NCBI RefSeq assembly: GCF_006345805.1
Contig: NW_021836177.1
Location: 1 to 64,000 of the forward strand
Source of the DNA: Octopus sinensis
Lineage: Eukaryota
Direction of reading: 5' to 3'
DNA: 64,000 nt
Shown: positions 1-14,626 of the stretch, one piece after another
Layout of the letters: every line of letters begins with the position of its first letter
Numbering within the stretch: position 1 is the first letter of the stretch
Program-made: the position numbers and the translations under genes
The notes under the pieces: model-generated
Database searches by the model: none
What the model saw: the letters and a program-made list of their open reading frames with translations, nothing else
Told to the model about the DNA's origin: nothing

Positions 1-131
1 AAATTTGTCAACAACAAGCCATGGTATATAATACAAACATATATATATATATATATATATAAATTATATATACACACACACAATATATACATATTATATA
101 CACACACGCACATATATATATACATATATGT

Positions 132-178
<47 letters not shown>

Positions 179-1787
179 CAGAGAGAGAGAGAAAATTTTC
201 GATTAAAAAAAAACACTGCCTATCTTAATTTTGAAAAATAAATTTTAAAAAAACCCGCATTATTTATGGAATGACACAGAATATGCGTCAATCCTTCACT
301 CACCGATTTACGTGTCTGTCCGGCTGTTTGTCTGTCTGTCTCTCTCCATCTCCATCTCTCATCCTCTGCACTATAACACAGGCATAACGTTTGGTGTTAA
401 GGGAGACTACTCACAAATATATTGTACGGGAGTTATCTCCCGTTGAACGATGCCTTGAAACTACTTGACTGCCACTTTCTAAATTTAACCTCTTAAGGGA
501 GACTACTCTCAAATATAAGTGATTTATATTTAAGAGTTCTCTCCCTTGACACCATTTACCTACAAAATAGATTTTATCGTCCGATGTTTACTAGTTTCGA
601 TTCTTGGACAACCGCCATGCTGGAGCACCACATCAACGTGTTTACTTACACTCATCGACGGCTGGGCTTATCTGTCTTCAGACTGCCACTCATTCCCTCG
701 TTCTCCTTTTGTCGAATTGCTAAGTTACGATGACGTAAACAGCCAAAACCGAAAATGAAGCGGTGACTTGGGACAAACACAAGTCACAGATATGGAAATA
801 TATGTGTGTGTGTTTGTGTGTGTGTGTGCGTGCGCGCGTATCTGGTGTCTCCGAGCGCGTGTGTATGTGTGTGTACACGCGTGTTTGCGCACGTAAGTGT
901 GTATGTGTGTGATATATATATATTATATATACTTATATACATACATATATACATAAATACATATATACATACATATATATATATATATGTAGTATGTATG
1001 TATATATATATATATATACACACACATATATATATACATGTATATATATATATATTACATACACCCTTCAAACTCCTTCTGACTACCTATTGATCCGTCC
1101 ATCTACGCACACATGCAAACTCACAGGCACGCACGGCTACACCCACCCACTGTAGCCGCTGACTTCTCAGAGCCACATTAAAACACGTACACAGATCCTA
1201 TCACACACACACACATACAGTAACCAACTGGCACCAACATACATACACGCAGTTACTGCCACACACATCTGTACATCAAAACTGAAAATATTTGTTTAGC
1301 AATTTTCGTAATTTAAAAAAAAATTTCTTTAATATATTTATTCATTTGAATGACTTGTGTTTTATGTATCTTTTGTATATTTTGACATTAGACTGCGTCC
1401 ATGCTGGGGCACCGCCTTCAAGAAATTCTAGTCGAATGAATTGATTGATTTTTTTTACAGCCTGGTAAATTATTCAACCGCTAAGTTACATGGATGTAAA
1501 GAAAGCAACGCCGGGGACGAACCGACAGAAAGATACACGTACAAATGTGACCTCGTGTGTACCGTTGGCGATTTTTTTCCTGTGTCTTCCCTTCTCTGGA
1601 TCTTTCCTTCTCCTATGTTTCCAACGACGAGCTTCTTTCCTGAGCATCCAATATATTTGTTCCACGTCCTCGCGTTGTTTTTTTTTGTTTTGTTCTTTCT
1701 TGTTTGGATTAACTTTATATATATATATATAATATATATATATATATACATACAATTATATATATATATATTATATATATATACAAT

Positions 1788-1844
<57 letters not shown>

Positions 1845-2217
1845 CACACACACAAACATACACACACACACACATATGTATACAGGCAACAAGCTTCCTT
1901 TCAGTTTCCATCTACCAAATCCACTCACAAAGCTTTGGTCAGTCCGCGGCTACAGTGGAAGACACTCGCCCAAGGTCCCATGAAGTGAACCCGGAACCAT
2001 ATGGTTGAGAAGGACACTTCTTCCCATACATCCGTGCCTGCGCCTATGCGCCAATATACTTGTGATCCATATATCATTTGGTTATATTTGAGGGAGATTT
2101 GGCTGCTATTTCGCCGTGGCTCGGCAACTGAGGTTGTTTTTATTGCTGTTGTTTGTAATAGAATGAGTCGCAATAATTGGATTTCTTGAAGTCACTGATG
2201 TTAATGGACACAAAAAA

Positions 2218-2400
2218 GCGGTGAGCTGGCAGAATCGTTAGCATGCCGGACAAAGTGCTTAGCGGTGTTTTGTCCGTCTTTACGTTCTGATTCCAAATTC
2301 CGACGAGGTTGACTTTTTCTTTCATCTTTCCGAAATTGATAAAATAAGCATCAATTGAACACACGTATGACTACAGCCGCACGGCGGAAATAAGTAAAAT
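2218..2400 (+). mobile_element. tRNA-derived SINE (GGCGGCGAGCTGGCAGAA family), partial
   Basis: Head GCGGTGAGCTGGCAGAATCGTTAGC and B-box-like GATTCCAAATTCC; homologous to 13896-14239 and 30347-30800. Confidence 0.75.
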
Positions 2401-2409
2401 AAATAAAAA

Positions 2410-2454
<45 letters not shown>

Positions 2455-2703
2455 AAGTTAGAGAGAGAGTAAAGTTTATTTACTAACACAATGTGGCAGT
2501 ACTACTTTTTAAAACCATGTTCGCTTAAAAAGTCATGTATGCCAAAATCACACTGCCTTCGTTTACAAAACCAGAGGGCAGTGTTCTAATTCGCGTTCTG
2601 CGGACGAGAAATTATCTAAGCATAATTTTACATTTGTAAATATATATACATATATATTATATATATATATATATATATACATATACACAACATATATATA
2701 TAC

Positions 2704-2755
<52 letters not shown>

Positions 2756-3169
2756 CACACACATATATATATATATATACATATACACACACATATATAT
2801 ATACATATACATATACACACACATATATATACATATACATATATACCACATATTTCTATATATATATATATATACCACACACACACACACATATATATAT
2901 ATACATACATACATACACAAACACATATACATATATACATATATAATTGACTCAACAAAAAGGGGTACGGCTGGTTGTTTATTTTTTAATCACTACAATT
3001 GTTTCCACGCAATGTAGTTCTCCAGGAGTGCAGGTACTTGATTATGCAACTGTTTCCCCGCATTATGAGATCATGATGTGTTTCCTCAGGCGATATATAG
3101 GGTGGACGTACTTTATATTGTACTGTACTATGTTCTTAACATAATATACCATAACTATACATACATACA

Positions 3170-3200
<31 letters not shown>

Positions 3201-3423
3201 GTGTATGTATATGTATGTATGTATGTATGTATATATTTGACTGCGGCCATGCTGGAGCACTGCCTTTAGTCGAGCAAATCGACTAAAGTACTAGGCTTAT
3301 AAATTCTAGTACTTATTCTATCGATCTCTTTTGCCGAACCGCTACGTGACGGGGACGTAAACACACCAGCATCGGTTGTCAAGTGATGTTGGGAGAACAC
3401 ACAAACATATACACATACATACA

Positions 3424-3451
<28 letters not shown>

Positions 3452-3460
<9 letters not shown>

Positions 3461-3616
3461 AGATGAGAATGTGTGTCTGTCTGTGTGTCTGTGTGAAACC
3501 TTAAATCTTGAGAAGTACACAACCAATTTCATTTAAATTTTACGCATGCCTTATTTAGGGTCCATGTAGTGTCATAGGCCAAAAAAATTTTAACTTCTTG
3601 CCTTGTACATACATAG

Positions 3617-3670
<54 letters not shown>

Positions 3671-4006
3671 AGGTGCATGGCTCAGTGGTTAGAGTGTCGA
3701 GCTTACGATCGTGAGGTGTGAGCTCGAATCCCGGACCGGGCTGCGTGTTGTGTCTTGAGCAAGGCACTTTATTCACGTTGCTCCAGTTCACTCAGCTGTA
3801 GAAATGAGTTGCAACGTCACTGGTGCAAGCTGTATCGGCCCCTTTGCCTTTCCCTTGGATACACTGGTGGCGTGGAGAGGGGAGGCTGGTATGCATGGGC
3901 GACTGCTGGTCTTCCATAAACAACCTTGCCCGGACTTGTGTCTAGGAGGGTAACTTTCTAGGTGCAATCCCATGGTCATTCATGACTGAAGGGGGTCTTT
4001 ACCCTT

Positions 4007-4037
<31 letters not shown>

Positions 4038-4091
4038 TTATATGTATCTGCACAAATGTATATATATAGATGTATATATATATATATACAG

Positions 4092-4155
<64 letters not shown>

Positions 4156-4460
4156 ATATATATGCATGTACATTTATAGATGTATATGTATACATGTATA
4201 TGTATAGATGTCTGTCTGTGTGTCTGTGTGAATCCCTAAAACTTGAGAACTACACAACCAATTTCATTCAAATTTTACACTTACATTATTGAGGGTCCAT
4301 GTAGTGTCATAGTCCCAAAAAATTTTTAACTTCTTGCCTTGCGCGAGCCCAGAACAATATCATATGTCCTCCACTATTTCAGTATTACGTGTTAAAAGTG
4401 AAACAATAACATCTCTCTAATGTAATTTCAGATATTTTCAATTTAATACTGAAACTATTA
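3452..4460 (+). mobile_element. Two related non-autonomous Helitron-like 5' fragments (3452-3610 and 4205-4460) on either side of a SINE
   Basis: ~130-bp direct repeat GTCTGTCTGTGTGTCTGTGTGAA...TTTAACTTCTTGCCTTG; first copy preceded by TATATATAAAG; no 3' CTAG seen. Confidence 0.4.
3667..4005 (+). mobile_element. tRNA-derived SINE
   Basis: A-box GGCTCAGTGGTTAGAG, B-box-like GCTCGAATCCC, core GTCTTGAGCAAGGCACTTTA...TTCACTCAGCTGTAGAAATG; flanked by (TA)n. Confidence 0.8.
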
Positions 4461-4533
4461 AAGTGAAACTATTATCTCACATATATATAGGCATACATAC
4501 ATACATACATATAATATATATATTATGCATATA

Positions 4534-4603
<70 letters not shown>

Positions 4604-4767
4604 TTCAAAAATGTATATATATATAGCTGTGTATATATACATGTATATATATATATATATATCCCTGAGATGTACATATATATAGATGTACATGTAATAT
4701 GTACATATCTATCTATCTATCTCTCTTTCTATCTATCGATCTATATATATATATATATATATTTATA

Positions 4768-5050
4768 TGCCCAGTGGTTAGGGCAGGACTCGCGGTCATA
4801 GGATCGCGGTTTCGATTCCCAGACCGGGCGTTGTGAGTGTTTATTGAGCGAAAACACCTAAAAGCTCCACGAGGCTCCGGCAGGGGTGGTGATCCCTGCT
4901 GTACTTTTTCTCCCACTCTTTCTTCTGTCGGCCTGCTCGCTTAGCCAGCGGGGTGACGTCATTCGAAGGCTAAAACAATGCAAACGCATTGTGACCAGCG
5001 ATGTGTAACTACATCTGATGGTCTGGTCGGTCACGTGATCACGTGATATA
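4768..5050 (+). mobile_element. tRNA-derived SINE (GGAGGCGCAATGGCCCAGTGG family), copy with intact head
   Basis: GCCCAGTGGTTAGGGC...GGTTTCGATTCCC head; homologous to 10443-10700, 17256-17521, 29223-29484. Confidence 0.8.
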
Positions 5051-5052
5051 TA

Positions 5053-5105
<53 letters not shown>

Positions 5106-6581
5106 ATATATATATTTATGATATATATATATAGTATATATATATATATATAGATATATTTATATATTACACACATATATACATGCATACATATATACGC
5201 CCATGCAAACACACATACACACAGACAGACCAACCAAAGCCTTGTGGGTGGATTTTGACAGAAACTGAAAGAAATCAATCGTATATATGTATATATATGT
5301 AAGTGTATGTGTGTCTTTGTCTCTGTGTTTCCCCCTCTTCACTGCTTCACAACTGCTGTTCGTTTATTTACACCCCCATAACTTACTGGTTTCACAAGAA
5401 GAAACTGATAGAATAAGTACTGGGCTTACAAAAGAATAAGTCCCGGGTCGAGTTGCTTGATTAAAGGCGGTGCTCCAGCATGTTATGTGGTAAGGTTTTG
5501 GTAAGAATCTCACTTCACTTGGAAACAGGTAAGGATTGGCAACAGGAAGGGCATCCAGCTGTAGAATATCTGCCTCTGTATAATCCATCTGATCCATTGA
5601 AGCATGGAAAATTGGATGTTAAAATGATGACAATGATGACGGTCTGTCTTGTTCCGTAAAGGAGCTTCTACACAGGTTACAGAAGCTGCTGGAAATAGCA
5701 GCCAAATATTTCTGAAATATTAAATAAAGGATATTGAACCATGTACTTGCTCTCAAAGCAAGTGGTCCCGTGGCATCTTAAGCCAATGTCTTCTACTACA
5801 ACCCTGGGCCAACTAAAGCCTTGTGGGGAGATTTGGTAGGTGGAAAGTGTATCATGTATACAATTATGTGTGTCTTTGTGTTTCTCCTCCCCTCCCTGCC
5901 ATACTGCATGTGACTATGGTTGTTAGTTTGTTTACATCCTTGTGACATAGTGGTTGGTCCAAAGAGACTCATAGAATATGTAGCAAACTTAAATATAAGT
6001 AGAGGGGTTGATTGAACCATTTAAAGAAGTACTCCAGCATGGCCACAGTTGCTGGCACTCTATGTTTTAGTTTATCCAATCAACTGAAAAGCCTGCTCAT
6101 GGAATTAACATGCAAATGGCTGAGTATTCCACAGACATGTGGACCCTTAATATAGTCTTCAGGGAGGCACAGCATGACACGGATGGTGAGAAGACTGGCC
6201 CTTTGAATTACAGGTGAAACTCATTTTTGACACCTGAGTGGACTTATTGCAAAGTGAAATAAAATGGCTTGGAGACTCATTGCACCACTGTGTATCGAAC
6301 TCACAACTTTACAATTGTGAGTGAAATACCCTAACCACTAAGCCATGCCACTTCACAGGTGAAACTAGTGAAAGGAGAGAAGAGAAAGAAAACAGATAAA
6401 TAATTAGAGAAAGGTAAAAATGATTCATCTCTATACAGAATGTTGTAAAACTTTCAATGCCTCAATGGATTCTGCCCCATGCAAACGTAGATATTAAATG
6501 GGTGTCAATTGATGTTGTAAAATTGAATAACTCTGTTGTTTAACTATCCACTTTATCTTACTGCCTCTTTTCCTATTTCAG

Positions 6582-6983
6582 AATATCACATCGTGTCGAC
6601 ATAAAAGAAATTTCTTCATTCAGACGTGCCTCTGATGTTTTTATTGACTTTGCTTGACTGAAGGACGTCCACAAGAAACATTCATCAATACATCAACCTC
6701 TTAATATAAATTAGATCTTCAACAAATGATGGGAAAAAATTTCTGGACATTGTAATTAACAACAACATTGTTTTTCTCCACAGTCTGGAATGTAGATGAG
6801 ATTATCAGTTAACAGGTTGATTAACATTGGATAACTTTACAAAAGATTTGACAGTTTACATTTTCTATTTTAGACATTAAGTAAAATCACAAACGAAAGA
6901 AACATAAGATTAAATTATTCTCTGGAAATAGTGACACAACTAAACACTAACATCCACAGAATTTTGAAGAACACACTATTATT
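6582..6983 (+). other. Probable 5' non-coding part of the zinc-finger exon after a splice acceptor
   Basis: Polypyrimidine tract CTCTTTTCCTATTTCAG ending at 6581, followed by non-repetitive sequence leading into the ZNF ORF. Confidence 0.45.
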
Positions 6984-8360
<1,377 letters not shown>

Positions 8361-9176
8361 AGTACTCGTGAGTATTCATACACAAGTGTAACTGTATCAG
8401 TATTAAAATTTATTACAACACGACAACAATTATGAATATTTTGTCTGCTAAAAGACAGGGTTTATTCCTCTTCAAGCTTGACATTATCAACTTCAGTTTC
8501 TTGGATGTCAACATGAAATTCATGAATCACAACTTCAATATCGTTTATATATCTAAATACATCAACACAGAGATGACTTTGGTTTCTGAAGATGATTGTG
8601 CTGGATTTTTGAGGAATTTTTTTTGAGAGAATAAAGGAATGGGAATAAGGAATAAAAGTTTTAAGTGACATTGATTTTGTCTTTGTTGTGTTTTCATCAT
8701 CATCATCTTCATCATCCTCTAACATCCATTTTCTTTGCAGGCTTGGATGGAAAGTGTGACAGGTGCTGGCAAGCCAGAGTGCTGCTCCAGGTTCCACTCA
8801 GATTTCGTTTGGTTTCTTTGGCTGTATTCCCTTAAGATACGTAGTTTATAAATATGCCTGTACCATAACAGCATGAAACTAGTAGTAGCTCTTTTGGTTA
8901 TGTATTTAGTTTGAGATATATATGTATTTGTGTGAACACACCTGATTACTAAAATAAATGTATACAAATCTTGTATTCGAAGCATTTTTCTGAATGGGGT
9001 AGTGGCATGGACTCCCTTTTGCAGACAAATAAGAAAAACTTGAAACTTTTCGCATGTGTGCAACACATGCAGCAAAATGGCAAGATAAGACATCAAATGT
9101 CAAAATCCTAGAAATGTGTGATATGTCCAGTATCCATAGCATGCTGATGAGAATTCAGTGCAGAGGGGTAGGACAT

Positions 9177-9775
9177 GTTTTCATCATCATCATCATCGTT
9201 TAGCGTCCGCTTTCCATGCTGGCATGGGTTGGACGGTTCAACTGGGGTCTGGGAAGCCAGAAGGCTGCGCCAGGCCCAGTCTGGGCTGGCAATGTTTCTA
9301 CGGCTGGATGCCCTTCCTAACGTCAACCGCTCCATGAGTTTAGTGGGTGCTTTTTATGTGCCAGACGAGGATGGCAAACGGCCACGATCGGATGGTGCTT
9401 TTTACGTGCCACTGGCATGGAAGCCAGTCGGGGCGGTGCTGGCAACAGCCACGTTCGGATGATTCTCTTATGTTCCACCAGCACTGGTATCACAGCTACA
9501 ATTTCCATTGATGTTCATCGATTTTGGTTTGATTTTCACTTGCCTCAACAGGTCTTCACAAGTAGAGTTTTGTGCCCCAAGAAGGAAAGGTATGTATAAG
9601 TGGACTGAGGCCATGGGTTATGGTCTCACTTGTCCTGCCGGGTCTTCTCACACACAGCATACTTCCATAGGTCTCGGTCTCTAGTCATTTCCTCGGTCAG
9701 ACCTAGAGTTCGATGGTCGTGCTTCACCACCTCATCCCAGGTTTTCCTGGGTCTATCTCTTTCACTTTACAAGTG
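9177..9775 (-). mobile_element. RTE LINE 3' fragment (ORF end + 3'UTR + (GAT)n tail)
   Basis: Matches the RTE 3' ends at 24519-25300 and 39400-40181; (CAT)n on + at 9181. Confidence 0.85.
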
Positions 9776-10346
9776 AAAAATGACAGCATTATGAAACTTT
9801 TAACACATGATAAGACGATTCCTCTCCAGTCCTATGGCGTTGTAAACTTGTGTGAGCTCATGACAACGGATCATCTTTTAGCGTTGGGTCCTGAGACGCT
9901 CCTTCAGCGCTTGGATACACCAATGTTCAGCTTATTTTTGCTGTAGCATCCAGTTTTCTGAGGGAACAACGAGGATTTCACTGTATCTTCTGTTTGGTAT
10001 AATTGACAAGTTGAAGGGTCTGCACATTTCTTTTTTGGCCACGTCCAGGGCAACCGGCTGTGGGACCAGTCTCTTGAAATTTCTTGACAATTTTCTTGAC
10101 TGTTGTTCGGTTACTTTTAAGCATTTCTTTGCTATAGTTGTATTACTTTCGCCTCCTTGGAGAGTATTATGATTGAATTTCGGTCTGTAGCCATTATCTA
10201 ATCTATAAGTGTGAATTTATTTGGTCTGAAGCAAACACAAGACACACTAAGCTTTTACAATGATGTATAATTTTCATATCTTATCGCATCTATTGATTGT
10301 TATTAAAGTCCAAAAATTGGTGGCTTTAATTTCGGAACAACCTGTT
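9775..10346 (-). mobile_element. Tc1/mariner-type DNA transposon left end with degenerate transposase N-terminus
   Basis: Minus strand reads RTTVKKIVKKFQETG..PGRGQKRNV..NPRCSLRKL (HTH region); terminus resembles TACAGGGTGTTCTGAAATTAAGGCCACC of the copy ending at 17150. Confidence 0.7.
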
Positions 10347-10442
10347 CACACACACACATTATCATTATCTCCTTCTCTCTCCCTCCCATTCCCCATCTCT
10401 TTCTCTCTCACTCTCTCTCTCTCTTTGTATATATATATATGT

Positions 10443-10700
10443 GGAGGCGCAATGGCCCAGTGGTTAGGGCAGCGGACTCGCGGTTTCGATTCCTAGACCG
10501 GGCGTTGTGAGTGTTTATTGAACGAAAACACCTAAAAGTTCCACGAGGCTCTGGCAGGGGGTGGTGATCCCTGATGTACTCTTACACAATTCTTTCTTCT
10601 GTTGGCCTGCTCGCTTAGCCAGCGGGGTGGCGTCATTCGAAGGCTAAAACAATGCGAACTCATTGTGACCAGTGATGTGTAACATCTGATGGTCTGGTCA
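10443..10700 (+). mobile_element. tRNA-derived SINE with 14-bp head deletion
   Basis: GACTCGCGG|TTTCGATTCC lacks TCATAGGATCGCGG present in the 4768 copy. Confidence 0.8.
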
Positions 10701-10712
10701 ATCACAAAAAAG

Positions 10713-10752
<40 letters not shown>

Positions 10753-10763
10753 CATATATATAT

Positions 10764-10795
<32 letters not shown>

Positions 10796-10796
10796 A

Positions 10797-10852
<56 letters not shown>

Positions 10853-10945
10853 ATATATTATATATATATATATATATGTTGATTCGTTAGCTCTTGCACG
10901 CATTTTTTTCTCTCCTTGTTTCTCTCCTTGTTTCTTTTCTGTGTA

Positions 10946-10982
10946 TCTTTCTGTCGAAGAGCGTAGGCTCGAAACGTAAAAG
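10946..10982 (+). ncRNA. Minimal type-I hammerhead-ribozyme-like motif, variant core
   Basis: CTTT-CTGTCGA-A-GAG(CGTAGG)CTC-GAAA-CG-TA-AAAG; core has A6>U relative to CUGANGA; related copy at 17750-17787. Confidence 0.5.
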
Positions 10983-11076
10983 CCTTGTTTTATTTCTATT
11001 CCTGAGTGCCATACTAATACAATTGTTTGTTTGTACTCCACCTGCCTTCGTCTTTTGTTTATTTTCGTAAAGCTTC

Positions 11077-11184
<108 letters not shown>

Positions 11185-11367
11185 TAGTTGAATGAATTAT
11201 CTTATAGATAATTCGGTTAACCGATACCTGGGTAACAAATTCACGGCAGAAAAACACGGTTGAAGCTACATGCCAAGGGCAGAGATCACGTGCAATCGTG
11301 TGGAAATTTGTGTGTTTTTTTAATACAAATAAATGAAAGAATGGAGTTGAACGACGATTTAACAAAA

Positions 11368-11466
11368 TTCCTCTATTTTCGACATATGTTTCGAAGTCTG
11401 CATATTCCTAATTTCGAAGGAATAAGGAGTGCATTATGCCGCCTTCTCATCAGGAAAAACAAGGAA
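11368..11466 (-). ncRNA. Type-I hammerhead ribozyme (left arm of inverted pair)
   Basis: On minus: CTGATGA (11453-11447), stem II GAAG/CTTC plus extension, GAAA (11392-11389), stem III AC-ATAT-GT, GUC site (11383-11381), stem I 11 of 13 pairs. Confidence 0.8.
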
Positions 11467-11547
11467 CTTATGTCAGCATCAAGATGAACAAAAATTCTTA
11501 GATGACTGCCCACACGGAGCCCATAGCGATAATGATGCAGACATAAG

Positions 11548-11645
11548 TTCCTTGTTTTTCCTGATGAGAAGGCGGCATAATGCACCCTTTATTCCTTCGA
11601 AATTAGGAATATGCAGCCTTCGAAACATATGTCAAAAATAAGGAA
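11548..11645 (+). ncRNA. Type-I hammerhead ribozyme (right arm of inverted pair)
   Basis: CTGATGA 11561-11567, stem II GAAGGC/GCCTTC + GCATA/TATGC, GAAA 11622-11625, AC-ATAT-GT, GUC 11631-11633; first stem-I pair is a C-A mismatch. Confidence 0.75.
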
Positions 11646-11690
11646 TTTTGTTAAATCGTCGTTCAACTCCAATCTTTCATTTATTTATAT

Positions 11691-11794
<104 letters not shown>

Positions 11795-12243
11795 CATACA
11801 TATATATCTCTATATATAAAACTGAAATGCGTTTTTACCGCTTGGATCGCTTTCAATGCCACTACGTCCCGTCCGATTCGCTCCAAAATTTACAGGGACA
11901 TGTAGAATGAGGTGACGATGCCCGTGGGCTACCTTAGAAATCCCTATCTTAAAAGGTGTGGTTGCTAGGGGCCATCTTCCTCACTCACGCTATTTCCTCT
12001 ATTCCCCTCTAACTCCCCTTCATTTATAACTTTGACAAGTCCACTCCCGTTATTTAATGTAAAGTTCGTCAGACGGTGTTCTTTGATGTATCTGTCTGCA
12101 TTCATAGGGAGAATTATCATCGCCACACGCCACCACCAACACACAATCATGAGAACAAATATTATGAATCAGATATTGTTCTTTCCACTCTTCCCATCAC
12201 TTTTTCACTCACTCTATTTCCTCACAGCGCTTTCACACACACA

Positions 12244-12291
<48 letters not shown>

Positions 12292-12673
12292 GCGCCTATC
12301 GAGCAAATACAAACAGAACACGCCAACGTGCGTTCGTGTTCTGGTGATAACGTAGGTTTTTCGTATCTATTACATTTTAACATTTATTTAGAACCCTGCA
12401 AATTTTTCGTGCTAAATTTTCATTTTTTACTACTTTATTATTTTTTCTTAAATTGATGCTTTTATTAAAATTAATCCTAATTGTCTGGGTCAACAGTTCG
12501 TTTCCTCGGAGGATATGGAAATTCCTATTACCCGTCAGAGAAATAACTCCAGCAGCTCAAAACTATTTCAACAAAGACAAGGTTACCTGCTTACCAGCCG
12601 AATTCAGCGTCAACGCTCACGTATGAGAGACACTCCAACACACACACACACACACACACTTATATACATATAT

Positions 12674-12753
<80 letters not shown>

Positions 12754-13895
12754 GTGTGCATTATGTGGTCGGTTGAGCTGAAAATATGCAGACCTATGTT
12801 AAAAGTGCTGGCAAGTTTGCATGACAACTATTTTTTTTCCTCAAATGAAACGCGTGACCTCGAGGACAAAATTCCTCATCTTATAAAATGTGGACCCGAA
12901 TGAAATCGGGTTATATTAACCAAAATGTGAAAAGGGGTCTAAATGGGGCTGGAAGGGGATTAAAATTTAAAGGAGCGGGTGTTTATGAATTCTCTGTTAC
13001 ATCAATGCGTTCTTATATATATGTGTGTGTGTGTGTTCTATATATAAATACGTATATATAATGTATATATACAAAGTGTATATATCTGTATTTATGTATA
13101 TTAAACTTTTTAATACTTTTTGATAGTTACGTAAAGGGAACTGGTTGCTTCTTTACACTTTTTGGGTGAGAGACAGATAATTTTCTCTGTTAATTACGTG
13201 ACCAACAGGGGTCTAACAGGGGGAAATTATGCCTAAACATGAGCGCAGCGCATGTGAACATCCGACGTGCTTTGAGTCGGGAGAAGAATTGAGCTGACGC
13301 AGATGTGTTGCAAAACAAGGGAGTACACGTGCAGAACAGAGGTGCATGAGTGCAATAGGGCTTGCTAGGCTGAAATACAGTGTACAGTATTGAATATGCC
13401 AGTGATTAATGTAGTAAGGCTGAGGCTGCCAGCCAGTGCTTGAGCTATTATATGCCTCGGTCGTGCAGGAACAAAAGTGTGGCATGCTGGCGCGTTGTAA
13501 GGGACAAACAACTTTCTCTATGTATGCGTGACCGACCTCGGGTCTTACAGAGATGAGTTGTGCTTACAAGGGCACGTTGAGCATGGAAAACAAGCGACAA
13601 AGGCATGTGTGGCGTATGAATGTGACAGAGATAGCATTTGTGTGTGTATTAACTGTGTGTTCGTGTGTGCGACAGAAGTACAAACAAGGTGTATGCGGGC
13701 AAAACAAAATACAGCGCATAGGAAAAGTCTCTCAGGGTATTTCAGACAAGATGGAGTTAATTTACCAGTTCGTAGTAAAGTACATAATAGCAGTTCGTTC
13801 TGTAACAGGATGTTCGGATCACAAGTGCAGATGCCGGTTGAACACATGTCGTGTAGCGGTTGTGGCTTCAATGCTGTGCCAGGTTACATTGGTAC

Positions 13896-14239
13896 GGCGG
13901 CGAGCTGGCAGAAACGTTAACATGCCGGGCGAAATGCTTAGCGGTATTTCGTCTGCGTTACGTTGTGAGTTCAAATTCCGCCGAGGTCGACTTTGCCTTT
14001 CATCCTTTCGGGGTCGATTCGGCGGCGAGCTGGCAGAAACGTTAACATGCCGGGCGAAATGCTTAGCGGTATTTCGTCTGCGTTACGTTGTGAGTTCAAA
14101 TTCCGCCGAGGTCGACTTTGCCTTTCATCCTTTCGGGCTCAATTAAATAAGTACCAGTTACGCACTGGGGTCGATGTAATCGACTTAATCTCCTTGTCTG
14201 TCCTCTCTGTGTTTAGCCCCTTGTGGGTAGTAAAGAAAT
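13896..14239 (+). mobile_element. tRNA-derived SINE with tandemly duplicated head and 15-bp TSD
   Basis: TSD AGGTTACATTGGTAC at 13881-13895 and 14240-14254; ~123-bp head repeated twice; core GCCTTTCATCCTTTCGGGG. Confidence 0.9.
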
Positions 14240-14626
14240 AGGTTACATTGGTACAGAAGATCTCGCAGGTAGTGCTGTGCTGTTAACCTCGGTGAAAATC
14301 ATAACAGCGTGAAAGCTAAACCTGAATGAGTGCTATGTACATATTAGTGTTGCTGGAGATGAAGGCGACGGAGATGGAGACGACGTGAAGGTGAAGGACG
14401 ACGATGGTGATGGCGACGGCAGAGAAAGGCGACGTTGAGATGAAGGCGTCGGTGGCGTTGCTGGTGTATGTTAGCGTCGTCATTGGCTGGAGCAGGAACA
14501 TGACTGGCTGGTCTGGTCGTCTGCCGCTGGAACTGGAACATGGTTGAGTAAGCTCTGTGTGGATGAAGACTGCGGCAGATTGATTGGTTCAGACTAGGTA
14601 GAAACTAGATTTTAGCTAAGTGTTCT

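Noticed and set aside
590-700. Minus-strand CTGAAGA ... GAAACTAGTA resembling a hammerhead
   Set aside because: No stem II can be formed next to the core, and the segment resembles the SINE 3' tail (GGTGCTCCAGCATGG...GAAAC.AGTAAA)
1590-1670. Possible remnant of the minimal-hammerhead family (GTTTCCAACGACGAGC...TTCCTGAGC)
   Set aside because: Stem II, GAAA and the cleavage site are absent; too degenerate to call
2988-3092. Minus-strand CTGGAGA...GAAAC-AATT-GTA and CTGAGGA...GAAAC-AGTT-GCA in tandem
   Set aside because: The palindromic stem III is suggestive, but stems I and II do not pair convincingly; at most a relic
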